A program made the translations under genes and the position numbers. Below, piece after piece: positions 48,203 to 58,508 of a DNA stretch of 64,000 nt; within the stretch, counting starts at the first letter, position 1; the number at the start of each line of letters is the position of its first letter. The stretch comes from Candidatus Latescibacterota bacterium (GTDB lineage: Bacteria; Latescibacterota; UBA2968; GCA-2709665), in the NCBI GenBank assembly GCA_965219995.1, contig CBDCOX010000002.1:800001-864000 (forward strand). Reading direction: 5' to 3'. The notes below the pieces were generated by a model. It did no database searches and was not told the DNA's origin. It worked only from the letters and a program-made list of their open reading frames with translations.

Positions 48203-49822
48203 ATGGATAGCGGGACGTCCACGGTTTACGACGGCATCATCATCGGCGCCGGCCATAACAGTCTGATTCTCCAGGCGTATCTCGGTCGGGCGGGGCTGAG
48301 GGTGCTGTGCATTGAGGCGCGGAACGAGGCGGGCGGGGGCCTCACCACGGTGCAGGACGCACGGCATCCCGGCTTTCTGCACAATACCCACTCGTTCTAC
48401 CACCGGGCGTTGAACCGGATGCCGTGGTACCGCGACCTGAGCCTCGAACGCCACGGCGCGGCTTACCTCGAGCCGGCATTGAACGTCGCCATGCTGTCGA
48501 ATGACGGCGGGGCGCTCGAATGGTGGACGGATTTCGAGAAGACGGTTGACTCCTTTGCGCGGTTCAGCAGCGCGGACGCGGCAACGTTGAGGCGGTGGCG
48601 CGACGCGTTCCTGCCCATCGTGGAACGGATTCTCGTACCGGAAGCCCAGGCGCCGCCGCTCGAACCGACACGGCGGAGGGCATTGCTCGAGAAGAGCAGG
48701 GAGGGCCGGCTGCTGCTGGACGTCAGCCGATTGTCGCCCCTCGAATTCGTCCGAAGGGAATTCAGGAATCCGGTGATTCAGGCCGGATTGCTTTTTTTTA
48801 ACGGGTTGCGTGAGGTGGACCTTCGCTGCCCGGGCTTCGGTCACCATATTGCCGCGCTCCTGGCCGGTTCGGGAAAGGCCCAGATGTGCCGGGGAGGTTC
48901 GATCGCTCTTGCGAAGGCGCTTACGGCCGCGGTCGCCGAGAGCGGCGGCGAACTGCGCCTTCAAACCGAACCCAGGCGGTTTCTGCTGGAAGGCGAGCGG
49001 GTCGTTGGGGTGGAAACCGCGGCCGGCGAGCGGTTGGGCGCCCGTTACTTCGTTGCCTCGGCCCTCAACCCGCACCAGACGTTTCTGGACCTCCTGGACG
49101 AGGATGCGCTGCCTGGAAAATGGCGGGACCGCGCGAAGGCGTTCAGGTACAATCTCATCGCCCCGCTGTTTGCCCTGAATCTCAATCTGGAGGAGCCGCC
49201 GCGTTACAGCGCCGCAGAAAACCATCCCCATCTGGAAAAGGCGTTCATGGTGATTCTCGGCCTGGACCGCGTGGACCGTTACCTGGAGATGGTAGCGTGC
49301 CATCGGCGCGGACGAAAACCCCCCAACATTATGTGGGGCAGTTGCCCCACCCTGTTCGATCCCTCTCAGGCGCCGGCAGGAAAGCACACTGCGTTTATGT
49401 GGGAAAAGGCGCCATACAGACTGAACGGAGACCCGAAGCGCTGGGACTCGGAGCGGGACCGACTTGGAGAAGAAATGCTGGACGCGTGGTGCCGGTACGC
49501 GCCCAACCTGAAACAGAACCTGATTTCACGGTTCACGCGCAGTCCGCTCGATGTGGAACGCACGTTCCCCAATATGCGGGAGGGGGACCTTCTCGTCGGC
49601 GCCTTCACCCACGGTCAGATCGGCTACAACCGTCCGTTTCCCGGAGCCGGACATTACAGGGCGCACCTCAAGGGCCTCTATCTGTGCGGATCCAGCTGCC
49701 ATCCCGGCGGCAATATCACCGGTCTGCCGGGATACAACTGCGCACAGGTCATTTTGCGGGACCTCGGAATGGATGCGGACTGGGCGCCCGAACCGATTGA
49801 CAGCCGGCTGGAACGGTTATGA
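48203..49822 (+). CDS. FAD-dependent oxidoreductase (phytoene dehydrogenase-like)
   Basis: IIGAGHNSL, GG..T, GLYLCGSSCHPGG.ITG.PGYN.A. Confidence 0.88.
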   Translation: MDSGTSTVYDGIIIGAGHNSLILQAYLGRAGLRVLCIEARNEAGGGLTTVQDARHPGFLHNTHSFYHRALNRMPWYRDLSLERHGAAYLEPALNVAMLSNDGGALEWWTDFEKTVDSFARFSSADAATLRRWRDAFLPIVERILVPEAQAPPLEPTRRRALLEKSREGRLLLDVSRLSPLEFVRREFRNPVIQAGLLFFNGLREVDLRCPGFGHHIAALLAGSGKAQMCRGGSIALAKALTAAVAESGGELRLQTEPRRFLLEGERVVGVETAAGERLGARYFVASALNPHQTFLDLLDEDALPGKWRDRAKAFRYNLIAPLFALNLNLEEPPRYSAAENHPHLEKAFMVILGLDRVDRYLEMVACHRRGRKPPNIMWGSCPTLFDPSQAPAGKHTAFMWEKAPYRLNGDPKRWDSERDRLGEEMLDAWCRYAPNLKQNLISRFTRSPLDVERTFPNMREGDLLVGAFTHGQIGYNRPFPGAGHYRAHLKGLYLCGSSCHPGGNITGLPGYNCAQVILRDLGMDADWAPEPIDSRLERL

Positions 49823-50937
49823 TTCCGCCGACCTTTACTTACCTGACCGACGTCTACTTCGGATTCGGCGCCTCGGCCATTCTTCCGGATCTGCTTTCCG
49901 GGCTTGGGGTGCGCCGGCCGCTGCTGGTAACGGATCGGGGGCTTTCCGCTCTGGGCATCCCGAAACACATCGGTCTCGGCGAGGCGCCGGTCTACAGCGG
50001 CGTCACAACGAATCCGACGGAACACCAGGTCGTGGAAGCCGCGCATCGGTACCGCGCGGAGAGGTGCGACGGAATGGTCGCGGCCGGTGGCGGTTCGTCC
50101 ATCGACCTCGCAAAATGCGCAGGGATTCTGATTGGACACGACGAGCCGCTTGCGTCGTACGCGATGCGGAAGGGCGGCACGGCGCGGATCACACACCCGA
50201 TCCCGCCGGTGGTCGCCGTTCCGACCACGGCGGGCAGCGGAAGCGAGGTGGGCAGAGCCGCCCTTGTTACCCTGCGTTCAGGTGACAAGGTGGGCTTCCT
50301 GAGCCGATTATTGACGCCGGCGGCCGCGGTTTGCGATCCGGAACTGACGCTGACGATGCCGCCTCCTTTGAGTGCCGGCACCGGGTTGGACGCGATATCT
50401 CACTGCGTGGAGACCTTTTGCAGTACGCGGTACAACCCGGTCGCGGATGCGATTGCACTCGACGGTCTTGAACGCGGCTGCCGCCACATTGGCGCCGTGT
50501 TTCGCAACGGGAGAGACAGGGAAGCCAGGAAGGGGATGATGATGTGCGCGCTGCAGGGAGGCCTGACGTTTCAGAAAGGCCTGGGCGCCGTGCACAGCCT
50601 CAGCCATCCGTTGGGATCGCTGGGCAGATCATTGCACCACGGTACGCTGAACGGCCTGTTTCTTCCTGCAGTACTGAGATTCAACGCCGATTCCTGCAGG
50701 GAAAAATTCTGCGCGATGGCCCGGCGGCTGAGGCTCGATACGGGCTCCGATCTGCCGGGCTATTTTGAGTCATTGAACCGGCAACTGGGGCTGCCGTCAT
50801 CCCTGTCGGAAATGGGGGTCGCTCCGGAAGAGCTGGAACCGCTTCCGGCCAAGGCGGCGTCGGACCATTGCAGCCCGACAAATCCCAGGCCGCTGGATGA
50901 AGCGGCGTGCCGGAAACTGTACCTGTCCGTTCTATAA
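49819..50937 (+). CDS. Iron-containing alcohol dehydrogenase
   Basis: GGGSSID.AK, PTTAGSGSE, DAISH..E, HSLSH, HHG. Confidence 0.92.
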   Translation: MIPPTFTYLTDVYFGFGASAILPDLLSGLGVRRPLLVTDRGLSALGIPKHIGLGEAPVYSGVTTNPTEHQVVEAAHRYRAERCDGMVAAGGGSSIDLAKCAGILIGHDEPLASYAMRKGGTARITHPIPPVVAVPTTAGSGSEVGRAALVTLRSGDKVGFLSRLLTPAAAVCDPELTLTMPPPLSAGTGLDAISHCVETFCSTRYNPVADAIALDGLERGCRHIGAVFRNGRDREARKGMMMCALQGGLTFQKGLGAVHSLSHPLGSLGRSLHHGTLNGLFLPAVLRFNADSCREKFCAMARRLRLDTGSDLPGYFESLNRQLGLPSSLSEMGVAPEELEPLPAKAASDHCSPTNPRPLDEAACRKLYLSVL

Positions 50938-50970
50938 GTGGATTTTGAGACAACTTCGTTGGGGGATATC

Positions 50971-51822
50971 ATGGCGAATGCCACACAGGTGGACGAATCC
51001 GGTTTGAGGGAGGCATTCAATCGTGACGGCTTCGTGGTCATGAAAGGGTTTCTTGCGCCGGACGTGATCGAAGGCGTGTGCGAGGAACTGGATATTCTGG
51101 TCGACCGGGAGGCGGAGCGGTTGATGGCCGCCGGAAGAATCGCGGACGATTTCAGCGATGCGCCGTTCGAAACCCGAATCGCCCGGCTGTTCGAACACTG
51201 CATGGACGTTGCGCCAACGTCATTCCGCCCCGAATTGCACGGACCCCGGTTGTTTGATCTGTTCTTTCATCCGCAACTTCTGGACGTGGTACAATTGCTC
51301 CTCGGACCCGAGATCAGACTGTATCCGAATTACACGGCGCGGCCGAAGTTTCCGGAGTGGAAGGGAACGCTGGTTCTGTGGCATCAGGACGGGGGATACA
51401 CGGCACAGGCCGCCGATGGCGTGGCGTCGCTCAGGATGGTGAACGTCTGGGCGCCCCTCGTCCCCGCAAGAGTCAAGAACGGTTGTATGCAATTCGTGCC
51501 CGGAACGCACCGGCTTGGTGTTGTGCCTCACGAAAAGAGGGAGTATTACCTGGAAATCGCGCGGGAGGAACTGGATCTGCGCCTGGGACAGGCCGTCTCC
51601 ATCGAAGTGGACCCGGGTGACGTGGTCCTGTTCCACAACCTGATGTTTCACTGCGGTCTGCCCAACAGGACCCGTACGGTGCGCTGGAGCATGGATTGGA
51701 GGTATCAGGATGCGACTCAGCCTACGATGCGGCCGCAACGTGGGCATCTGGCCAGAAGCGGAAAAGCGCCTGACAACGTCGTTCGAAATCGCGAGGATTG
51801 GGCCGAACGGAAATTTCAATAG
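50971..51822 (+). CDS. Phytanoyl-CoA dioxygenase (PhyH) family Fe(II)/2OG enzyme
   Basis: F.RDGF, WHQD, NGCM.FVPGTH, GDVVLFH..MFH...N; start could be 50938. Confidence 0.88.
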   Translation: MANATQVDESGLREAFNRDGFVVMKGFLAPDVIEGVCEELDILVDREAERLMAAGRIADDFSDAPFETRIARLFEHCMDVAPTSFRPELHGPRLFDLFFHPQLLDVVQLLLGPEIRLYPNYTARPKFPEWKGTLVLWHQDGGYTAQAADGVASLRMVNVWAPLVPARVKNGCMQFVPGTHRLGVVPHEKREYYLEIAREELDLRLGQAVSIEVDPGDVVLFHNLMFHCGLPNRTRTVRWSMDWRYQDATQPTMRPQRGHLARSGKAPDNVVRNREDWAERKFQ

Positions 51823-51961
51823 GCCGTTGCTCCGGACGCGCGGCCTATCAGGGCGGTGATGGGACTGCACGGTACGACGTCGCGGAAGTTCGCCGGCCGC
51901 CACGAGAATCCCGGCTTTCGGTCCGGACGGGTTCGTTCAAGACCGGGCTGCCATCCGGGTG

Positions 51962-52777
51962 CTACAGGCCGCGGATGGCGTCATATATAGACAGTACGAA
52001 ACCGGCTCCGGTGATCAGGAGGAGGAGCAACGCGACCACCACGGTGAGGCGGCCTTCGCGCCAGCGCGCGCTCGATACAAGGAGTCGCGACGCGATCCAT
52101 CCTCCGGCGAACCCGCCGAAGTGAGCCCAGTTGTTGACGCCTCGCATGAGAAGGCCCAAAATGAACAGCATGATTGCCCACTGCCATATCTGACGCGTCA
52201 TCAGGGCTGCGAAACTGGTCTTCTGGCTGCGGCCATAGACGATGAGGGCGGCCAGAAGTCCGAAAATCGAGCCCGAGGCGCCAAGCGTCGGGTTGCCGGT
52301 CACAACGTTGGACAGGAGAAAACCAACGACGCCGCCCGTCGTAAAGATGATGAAATAGCGCGCAGGCCCGTAGAGATTGCCAACTTCCGGGCCCAGTTGC
52401 CGGATCCACAACACATTGAAGAGGATATGCAACAACCCGCCGTGCAGATAGATTGCCGTGAACAGAGTCCACCACGGCGCGTTTCCGTATGTCAAGCCCA
52501 GGACGATCGTCGGAATTTGACCTGGTGAGAGCATGCTGAAAAAGCCGCCGTGGAGGGAAAGGGCGGAATCCAGGTCAAGGAGCAGACTCACCACATAGAG
52601 GACGATACACGCCGTAGGAATCAGGGTCAGGACGTCGATTTTCGATCCGAACAGCCGATTCAGGGCGGGGCCGAACCCCCACAGACCCGGGCGGTAGGCG
52701 CCGCAGTACGGGCATTTTTTCTCTTCCGTGCTGATCAGATTGCGGCAGCCCGGACAGACCATCGACGTAGGCGGCAT
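51962..52777 (-). CDS. Rhomboid intramembrane serine protease with N-terminal Zn ribbon
   Basis: CPGC..CPYC; HGGLLHILFN, GASG, AHFGG. Confidence 0.9.
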   Translation of the reverse strand: MPPTSMVCPGCRNLISTEEKKCPYCGAYRPGLWGFGPALNRLFGSKIDVLTLIPTACIVLYVVSLLLDLDSALSLHGGFFSMLSPGQIPTIVLGLTYGNAPWWTLFTAIYLHGGLLHILFNVLWIRQLGPEVGNLYGPARYFIIFTTGGVVGFLLSNVVTGNPTLGASGSIFGLLAALIVYGRSQKTSFAALMTRQIWQWAIMLFILGLLMRGVNNWAHFGGFAGGWIASRLLVSSARWREGRLTVVVALLLLLITGAGFVLSIYDAIRGL

Positions 52778-52896
52778 ATTGTCCCTCGCCAGGAAAGAAC
52801 AACTACAGTCACACGGTGAGAACGCGGCGTTGCGTTTCTCAAACTTTCGCCGCGTTCAGCGGTACCGCTTCGAACCCGCCGCGCCGACGGTATCCA

Positions 52897-54078
52897 TCAG
52901 GCGTCACCGGGAGTTGTGCCGGACCGGCGGAATCCGGCGGAACCATGGAACCGCCATTGATCGAAAATCAGCGACAACCCCTTCAGAACCCGCTCCATAT
53001 CCGATTCCGAGGTGCTACCCATCGCGGCAATCCGGATGGCCGTATCCCGCATCGGGCCGTACCCCGGCGCGATCTGGACGTTCAGCAGGGTCTTCGCCGC
53101 CCGTACGAATTCCGGCGCCGGGACGGATTCGGGCATCAGGATTGCGGTGACGGTAGGGCTGTAGCATCCGGGCTGCGCGAGCAGATCCAGGCCGTGTCTT
53201 CCGGCCCAGTCGCGCTGCATTCGCGCAAGGTTCCGATGCCGCTCGAAACGGGCTTTCCCTTCGTCGAGCATTTCCTCGAGGCGGGCGATCAGACAGCGTA
53301 TCATGAGGTCCGAAACCGTCACCGGCGTTTGCGCGGTTTCGGCGTGTGATTGCCACTCCATCAGGTCCAGCACGTACCCGCGTCGCGTTGCGCGGCGTGC
53401 GGCCTGAAGCGCGCGGTCCGAGACGATCATGACCGAACCGATGGCTGGTATCGCGAAGTCCTTCTGAAGGCTCCAAAGATAATAGTCCGGCCGCAATGCG
53501 CCAATGTCCAGCTCGACCGCCCCGGCGATACTCACCCCGTCGACGGCAATCAACGTGTCCGGCGCGTACCGCCGCGCGTCTTCGCAAAGGGTATCGAGGG
53601 GCAGCGCAACCCCGGTCGCGGTTTCATTGTGCGTCAGCAATGCAAGGTCATAGCCGCGCCGCATCGCCTCCCGCCACGAATCGGATCCGATTCCGTGCCC
53701 CCACGGCGCCTTCAGCACGTCGACGGCGCGGTCGAGCCGCCTGAATACACCCGCCCAGCGGGCGGAAAACGCGCCTATATCGAGACCCAGAGCACGATAC
53801 GCGGTTGGTGTGTTGACCGCGACCATCTCCCAACTGTAGCTGGTTGCGTGTCCGAACACAAGGGGCGTGTATGTTTCAGGAACGTGGAAAGCTTCGCGCA
53901 GAAGGTCCACCGCCCGGGCGTATAGGGTCCTGAAGTCGGTTGAACGGTGGGTAAACGTCGCCCGGTAGGTCCGGACGACCCGCTCGACCGCCGGCGTGAG
54001 AGCGTGCGGCCCCGGGGTCCAGAGGGCGGTGTCCGGCAGGCGCAGGCGACTGAATTCGTCTTTCGTTTCGGCATTCAT
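52897..54078 (-). CDS. Class V PLP-dependent aminotransferase
   Basis: TPGP, HRS..F, THNETATGV, VDGVS, SLQK; start MNAETK (the longer ORF overlaps tRNA-Gly). Confidence 0.85.
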   Translation of the reverse strand: MNAETKDEFSRLRLPDTALWTPGPHALTPAVERVVRTYRATFTHRSTDFRTLYARAVDLLREAFHVPETYTPLVFGHATSYSWEMVAVNTPTAYRALGLDIGAFSARWAGVFRRLDRAVDVLKAPWGHGIGSDSWREAMRRGYDLALLTHNETATGVALPLDTLCEDARRYAPDTLIAVDGVSIAGAVELDIGALRPDYYLWSLQKDFAIPAIGSVMIVSDRALQAARRATRRGYVLDLMEWQSHAETAQTPVTVSDLMIRCLIARLEEMLDEGKARFERHRNLARMQRDWAGRHGLDLLAQPGCYSPTVTAILMPESVPAPEFVRAAKTLLNVQIAPGYGPMRDTAIRIAAMGSTSESDMERVLKGLSLIFDQWRFHGSAGFRRSGTTPGDA

Positions 54079-54129
54079 CCGGGCGTCTCGGACAACGAAT
54101 CTCACGGGTGGCCGACATATAATAAGAGC

Positions 54130-54157
54130 GCCCGTTAAACAGGCAGGTTTAACGGGC
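54130..54157 (-). terminator. Hairpin downstream of tRNA-Gly
   Basis: 11-bp perfect stem GCCCGTTAAAC/GTTTAACGGGC with a 6-nt loop; weak T tail. Confidence 0.6.
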
Positions 54158-54173
54158 TTTCGCGCACAGGAAA

Positions 54174-54248
54174 TGGAGCGGGAAACGGGACTCGAACCCG
54201 CGACCCCAACCTTGGCAAGGTTGTGCTCTACCACTGAGCTATTCCCGC
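54174..54248 (-). tRNA. tRNA-Gly (GCC)
   Basis: GCGGGAATAGCTCAGTGGTAGAGC-A-CAACC-TTGCCAA-GGTTG...TTCCCGCTCCA. Confidence 0.96.
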
Positions 54249-54584
54249 TCCCTATCGTCTGATATATCGGGTCGAGCGGAAAATTAAGCAATGGCCTGCA
54301 GGATGTCAAGGGTTAATGTGTACACGCGGCTTGCGGACGGAACGATGACCGGCCCCGGAGCGCACGTCCGGTAAACGCACGGGAATCGCCTTCCATGCAG
54401 GCTGAGGCGACCTGCTTTTCCGCGTGAGGAACACGCGTTTGAGTTGACTTTCGTGGTTGCGAGGCGCATATTTACGATTCGCCCCGCAGGGGTACCGGTC
54501 CGTGTCGAATGGTCTGGCGCATCGCCGGATTCCAGGCGATTGGTACTGCGATTGCCGTTGTTGCTCTGAATGGAGCGAGGTGGA

Positions 54585-56672
54585 ATGGTCGAAGAGCGGT
54601 TTGTCCTGGCAATTGACATCGGCGGCACGTTCACGGATCTCGTTCTTCTGGAGCGCCGTAGCGGTCGGCAGGCGGTTGCCAAGGTGGCTACGACCTATCC
54701 GGATCCTTCCGATGCCGTGTTGAACGGGATCGACTCGGTACTGGAACCCGACGACATGGGGGCCGTTCAACGCGTCATTCACGGAACGACGCTGGTGACC
54801 AATACGCTGATCGAACGCAAGGGCGCGCGAACCGGGCTGGTCACCACGGCCGGGTTCCGGGACGCGCTGGAAATTGGGCGGGAGGGTCGATATGACATTT
54901 ACGATCTTGGGCTGGAATTGCCCGAACCGCTGGTGGAACGCAGATTGAGATTCGGCGTGCCGGAGCGGATGAACGTCCGGGGACACGTACTGAAGCCCCT
55001 GGATGAGGCGTCTATATTGGACGCGTGCAGGTTGTTTCTGGATGAATGTGTCGAGGCGGTTGCCATCTGTTTTCTTCACGCGTACGCCAATCCGGAACAC
55101 GAGCGGCAGGCGGCGCGGATTGTTCATGATGCGATGCCTGGAGTTGCGGTCTCGGTCTCACATCAGGTGTCGCCCGAATTGAGGGAATACGACCGGACGT
55201 CCACGACCGTTGCCAATGCTTACGTGCAACCGCTTGCCCGGCGGTACCTGGCGGGATTGTCCGAAGGCCTGGCGGCAAAGGGAATCGTCGTTCCACTGCA
55301 TATCATGTTGTCCAACGGCGGGGTCTGTTCCGCGGAGACTGCCGCTGCCTTTCCGGTACGTCTCGTGGAATCCGGTCCCAGCGGCGGCGCGTTGTCCGCC
55401 GCCTATTGGGCGCGCCGTTCAGACCGGCGGGACGTGCTCGCGTTTGATATGGGCGGAACCACGGCAAAGGCCGTGCTCAGCAGCGAAGGCGGATTTCCAA
55501 TAACGAACGAATCCGAGGTTGCTCGCGTCTATCGCTTCAAGCGCGGCAGCGGGTTGCCGCTCCTGGTGCCGGTCCTGGATATGATCGAGATTGGCGCCGG
55601 CGGCGGCAGTATCGCGCATCTCAACCGGATGGGCCTGCCCGCGGTCGGTCCCGAAAGCGCGGGATCGGTTCCCGGCCCTGCCTGTTACGCGAACGGCGGC
55701 GGGGAGCCCACCGTCACGGATGCCGATCTGTTGCTGGGCAAGCTGGATCCCGAATATTTTCTGGGTGGAAGGATGGCGCTGGACGTGGACAGTGCGCGAA
55801 ACGCCGTTCAACGGCTGTCAGCGCGCCTCGGCATGGACGTGAATCGGATGGCTTGGGGCATCCACCGAATGGTCAACGAGAATATGGCCAATGCCGCGCG
55901 GGTCCACGCGGCCGAGCGTGGAACCGACATCCGTGGTTATACGATGGTGGCAACCGGAGGCGCGGGACCGGTGCACGCGTGCGGCGTGGCCGAACGGCTG
56001 GGCATCGCCACCGTGATCGTGCCGCCCGCCGCAGGCGTGAGTTCGGCATTCGGTCTGATGCTGGCTCCGATTTCGTTCGACTTCGCAAGGAGTTACGTCG
56101 CGCGGCTCCGGGCGCTGGATTACGAGCGCTTGAACGGCCTGTTTGAAGAGATGGAAAACGAAGGCGAGGGCGTCTTGCGAGAGGCCGGCGTGGCGCCCGT
56201 TGAGATGCGGATTGAACGTACCGCCGACATGCGCTACGTGGGACAGGGCCATGAAATCCGAATTTCGATTCCGCACGGCAGATTGGATCCCGATCGGCTG
56301 GACGAGATTCAAGCGGGTTTCGAAACCGAATACACGCGCAAATATACACGCACCTGCGACGGCGTTGAAATCGAGTCCGTCCACTGGCGCGTCCGGATGT
56401 CTGCGCCGGAACCCGATCCGGGCGACGTCGACACGGCCTCCGCGGCGGCCGGGGACGCGAAGAAGGGCGTGCGCGGCGTTCTGTTCAACGCGGAGCAGGC
56501 GCCGGAAGAGACGCCGGTATTCGACCGGTACCGGCTCGCCGCCGGCTTCTGCACGGCGGGTCCCGCAATCGTGGAAGAAGCCGAGTCGACCGCCGTCGTA
56601 CCTCGTGGCTGGGTGATGAGCGTGGAAGCCTGCGGCAACCTGCTTCTTACGCGTCCGGAGGGTTCGCGATGA
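54585..56672 (+). CDS. Hydantoinase A/5-oxoprolinase family subunit
   Basis: IDIGGTFTD, HGTTLVTN, ESGP, DMGGTT, IGAGGGSIA, GPACY. Confidence 0.92.
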   Translation: MVEERFVLAIDIGGTFTDLVLLERRSGRQAVAKVATTYPDPSDAVLNGIDSVLEPDDMGAVQRVIHGTTLVTNTLIERKGARTGLVTTAGFRDALEIGREGRYDIYDLGLELPEPLVERRLRFGVPERMNVRGHVLKPLDEASILDACRLFLDECVEAVAICFLHAYANPEHERQAARIVHDAMPGVAVSVSHQVSPELREYDRTSTTVANAYVQPLARRYLAGLSEGLAAKGIVVPLHIMLSNGGVCSAETAAAFPVRLVESGPSGGALSAAYWARRSDRRDVLAFDMGGTTAKAVLSSEGGFPITNESEVARVYRFKRGSGLPLLVPVLDMIEIGAGGGSIAHLNRMGLPAVGPESAGSVPGPACYANGGGEPTVTDADLLLGKLDPEYFLGGRMALDVDSARNAVQRLSARLGMDVNRMAWGIHRMVNENMANAARVHAAERGTDIRGYTMVATGGAGPVHACGVAERLGIATVIVPPAAGVSSAFGLMLAPISFDFARSYVARLRALDYERLNGLFEEMENEGEGVLREAGVAPVEMRIERTADMRYVGQGHEIRISIPHGRLDPDRLDEIQAGFETEYTRKYTRTCDGVEIESVHWRVRMSAPEPDPGDVDTASAAAGDAKKGVRGVLFNAEQAPEETPVFDRYRLAAGFCTAGPAIVEEAESTAVVPRGWVMSVEACGNLLLTRPEGSR

Positions 56673-58405
56673 AGTCTGCGGAAAAGCTGGATGCAGTCCT
56701 CCTGGAGGTGTTGTGGAACCGGCTTATTTCCATCGTGAACGAACAGGCCGCGGCACTGGTGCACGCGTCGTTTACTACCGTGGTGCGGGAAGCCGGCGAC
56801 CTTTCCGCGGGCATTTTCAACCGTGGCGGTCACATGGTCGCGCAAGCGGTGACGGGCACGCCCGGTCACATCAACACGATGGCAACGTGCGTACGCCATT
56901 TCGCGAAAGCGCATCCAATAGACAGTCTGAAGCCAGGCGACAGCCTGCTCACCAACGATCCATGGCTGGGTTCGGGGCATCTGCACGACATTACGCTGGT
57001 TACTCCCGTCTTCTATCGAAACAAGGCCGTGGGCTGGTTCGCCAATACGTGCCACGCAATGGACATCGGCGGACGGACGCTTGGCGCCGACGCGCGCGAG
57101 GTCTTCGAGGAAGGCCTGCATATTCCCATCATGTTCCTGTTCCGGGAAGGCTCGGTCAATCGCGACCTGATGGAAATCGTGCGGGCGAACGTCCGCACAC
57201 CGGATGCCGTCGTGGGGGACCTCTATGCGCAACAGGCCGGCAACGACGTGGGCGCCGCCAAGCTCTCGGAGATGATGGCGGAATACGAAATGGAGGACAT
57301 CGAGTCGCTCGCGTCAATGATACTGGACCGTTCGGAAGCCGCCACGCGCGATGCGATCGCGAAGATTCCCAACGGCACGTACCGGGATGAAGTGGTCATC
57401 GACGGTTTCGATCATCCGCTGAAGATCGTGGTATCCATCGGTGTACGGGACCGGGACCTTGTGGTAGACTACGACGGCACGTCGCCGCAGGTGGACCGCG
57501 GCATCAACGTGGTCTACAACTATACGCACGCCTATACAACCTATCCGCTCGCGTGTTCAATCAGTCCCTCCGTTCCGAACAACGCCGGCAGTTTCCGCCC
57601 CGTCAAGGTGACGGCCCCGGAGGGGAGCGTACTCAATGCCAGGTTTCCATGCGCCGTCGGCGCCCGGCACCTGATCGGGCACTTTCTCTCCCAGGCGGTA
57701 TTCGGCGCGTTGTCCGGAGCCATTCCCGAGCGGGTGCTCGCGGACGGTTCGGCCGGGCTCTGGAACACGCAGCTGGAGGGCCACGACCGGGACGGACGGG
57801 TGTTTTCCTACATCTTTTTCTCCGCAGGCGGCATGGGCGCGAGGCCTGCTTCGGACGGGCTTTCCGCCACGGCCTTTCCCAGCGGGATCAAGGGAGTGCC
57901 CGCCGAGGCGATCGAGGCAGTTTCGCCTGTACTGATGCTGAAGCGGGAGTTGCGTCCGGACTCCGGCGGCGCGGGCAAGTACCGAGGCGGTCTGGGGCAG
58001 GAGATGGTGCTGAGCATGGATACCGATACCGCGGTGTTGCATTCGTGTATGTATGACCGCACGAAGAGTCCGGCACGCGGGTTTCTGGGGGGAGCCGACG
58101 GCGCCGTTGGCGAGGTGATCCTTTCGGACGGGTCCCGGCCGCATCCGAAGGGGAAATACGAGCTGCAGCCGGGGCAGTCCGTCACGCTGAGGCTTCCAGG
58201 CGGCGGAGGTTTCTTCTCTCCCATGGCACGCGATCCGAAGCGTGTGCTGAACGATGTACGACAGGGGCGGGTGTCTCCGGAAGCGGCCCGGGAGGTGTAC
58301 GGGGTGGTTGTGGACACCCGGAACCGGAAAGTGGACGCTGCCGCGACCGAGGCGGTCAGGGATGCCTCCGCCGGCACGGAGGACGGAACGGGTTCCACGC
58401 CGTGA
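56669..58405 (+). CDS. Hydantoinase B/5-oxoprolinase family subunit
   Basis: NDPWLGSGHLHD, H.MDIGG, DSGGAGKYRGG, PGGGG; ATGA overlap with the A subunit. Confidence 0.92.
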   Translation: MKSAEKLDAVLLEVLWNRLISIVNEQAAALVHASFTTVVREAGDLSAGIFNRGGHMVAQAVTGTPGHINTMATCVRHFAKAHPIDSLKPGDSLLTNDPWLGSGHLHDITLVTPVFYRNKAVGWFANTCHAMDIGGRTLGADAREVFEEGLHIPIMFLFREGSVNRDLMEIVRANVRTPDAVVGDLYAQQAGNDVGAAKLSEMMAEYEMEDIESLASMILDRSEAATRDAIAKIPNGTYRDEVVIDGFDHPLKIVVSIGVRDRDLVVDYDGTSPQVDRGINVVYNYTHAYTTYPLACSISPSVPNNAGSFRPVKVTAPEGSVLNARFPCAVGARHLIGHFLSQAVFGALSGAIPERVLADGSAGLWNTQLEGHDRDGRVFSYIFFSAGGMGARPASDGLSATAFPSGIKGVPAEAIEAVSPVLMLKRELRPDSGGAGKYRGGLGQEMVLSMDTDTAVLHSCMYDRTKSPARGFLGGADGAVGEVILSDGSRPHPKGKYELQPGQSVTLRLPGGGGFFSPMARDPKRVLNDVRQGRVSPEAAREVYGVVVDTRNRKVDAAATEAVRDASAGTEDGTGSTP

Positions 58406-58508
58406 ACCGCGGCGCCAGTGTGGCGCCGGGACGCTGGCTCGCATTTGATCGAAACTTTAAAATACCCCTGAAAGTGAATGGAAGGCAACGGGTTGTATAG
58501 GAAATTCG

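Noticed and set aside
54079-54309. N-terminal extension of the aminotransferase ORF
   Set aside because: It spans tRNA-Gly and its hairpin; the real start is probably 54078.
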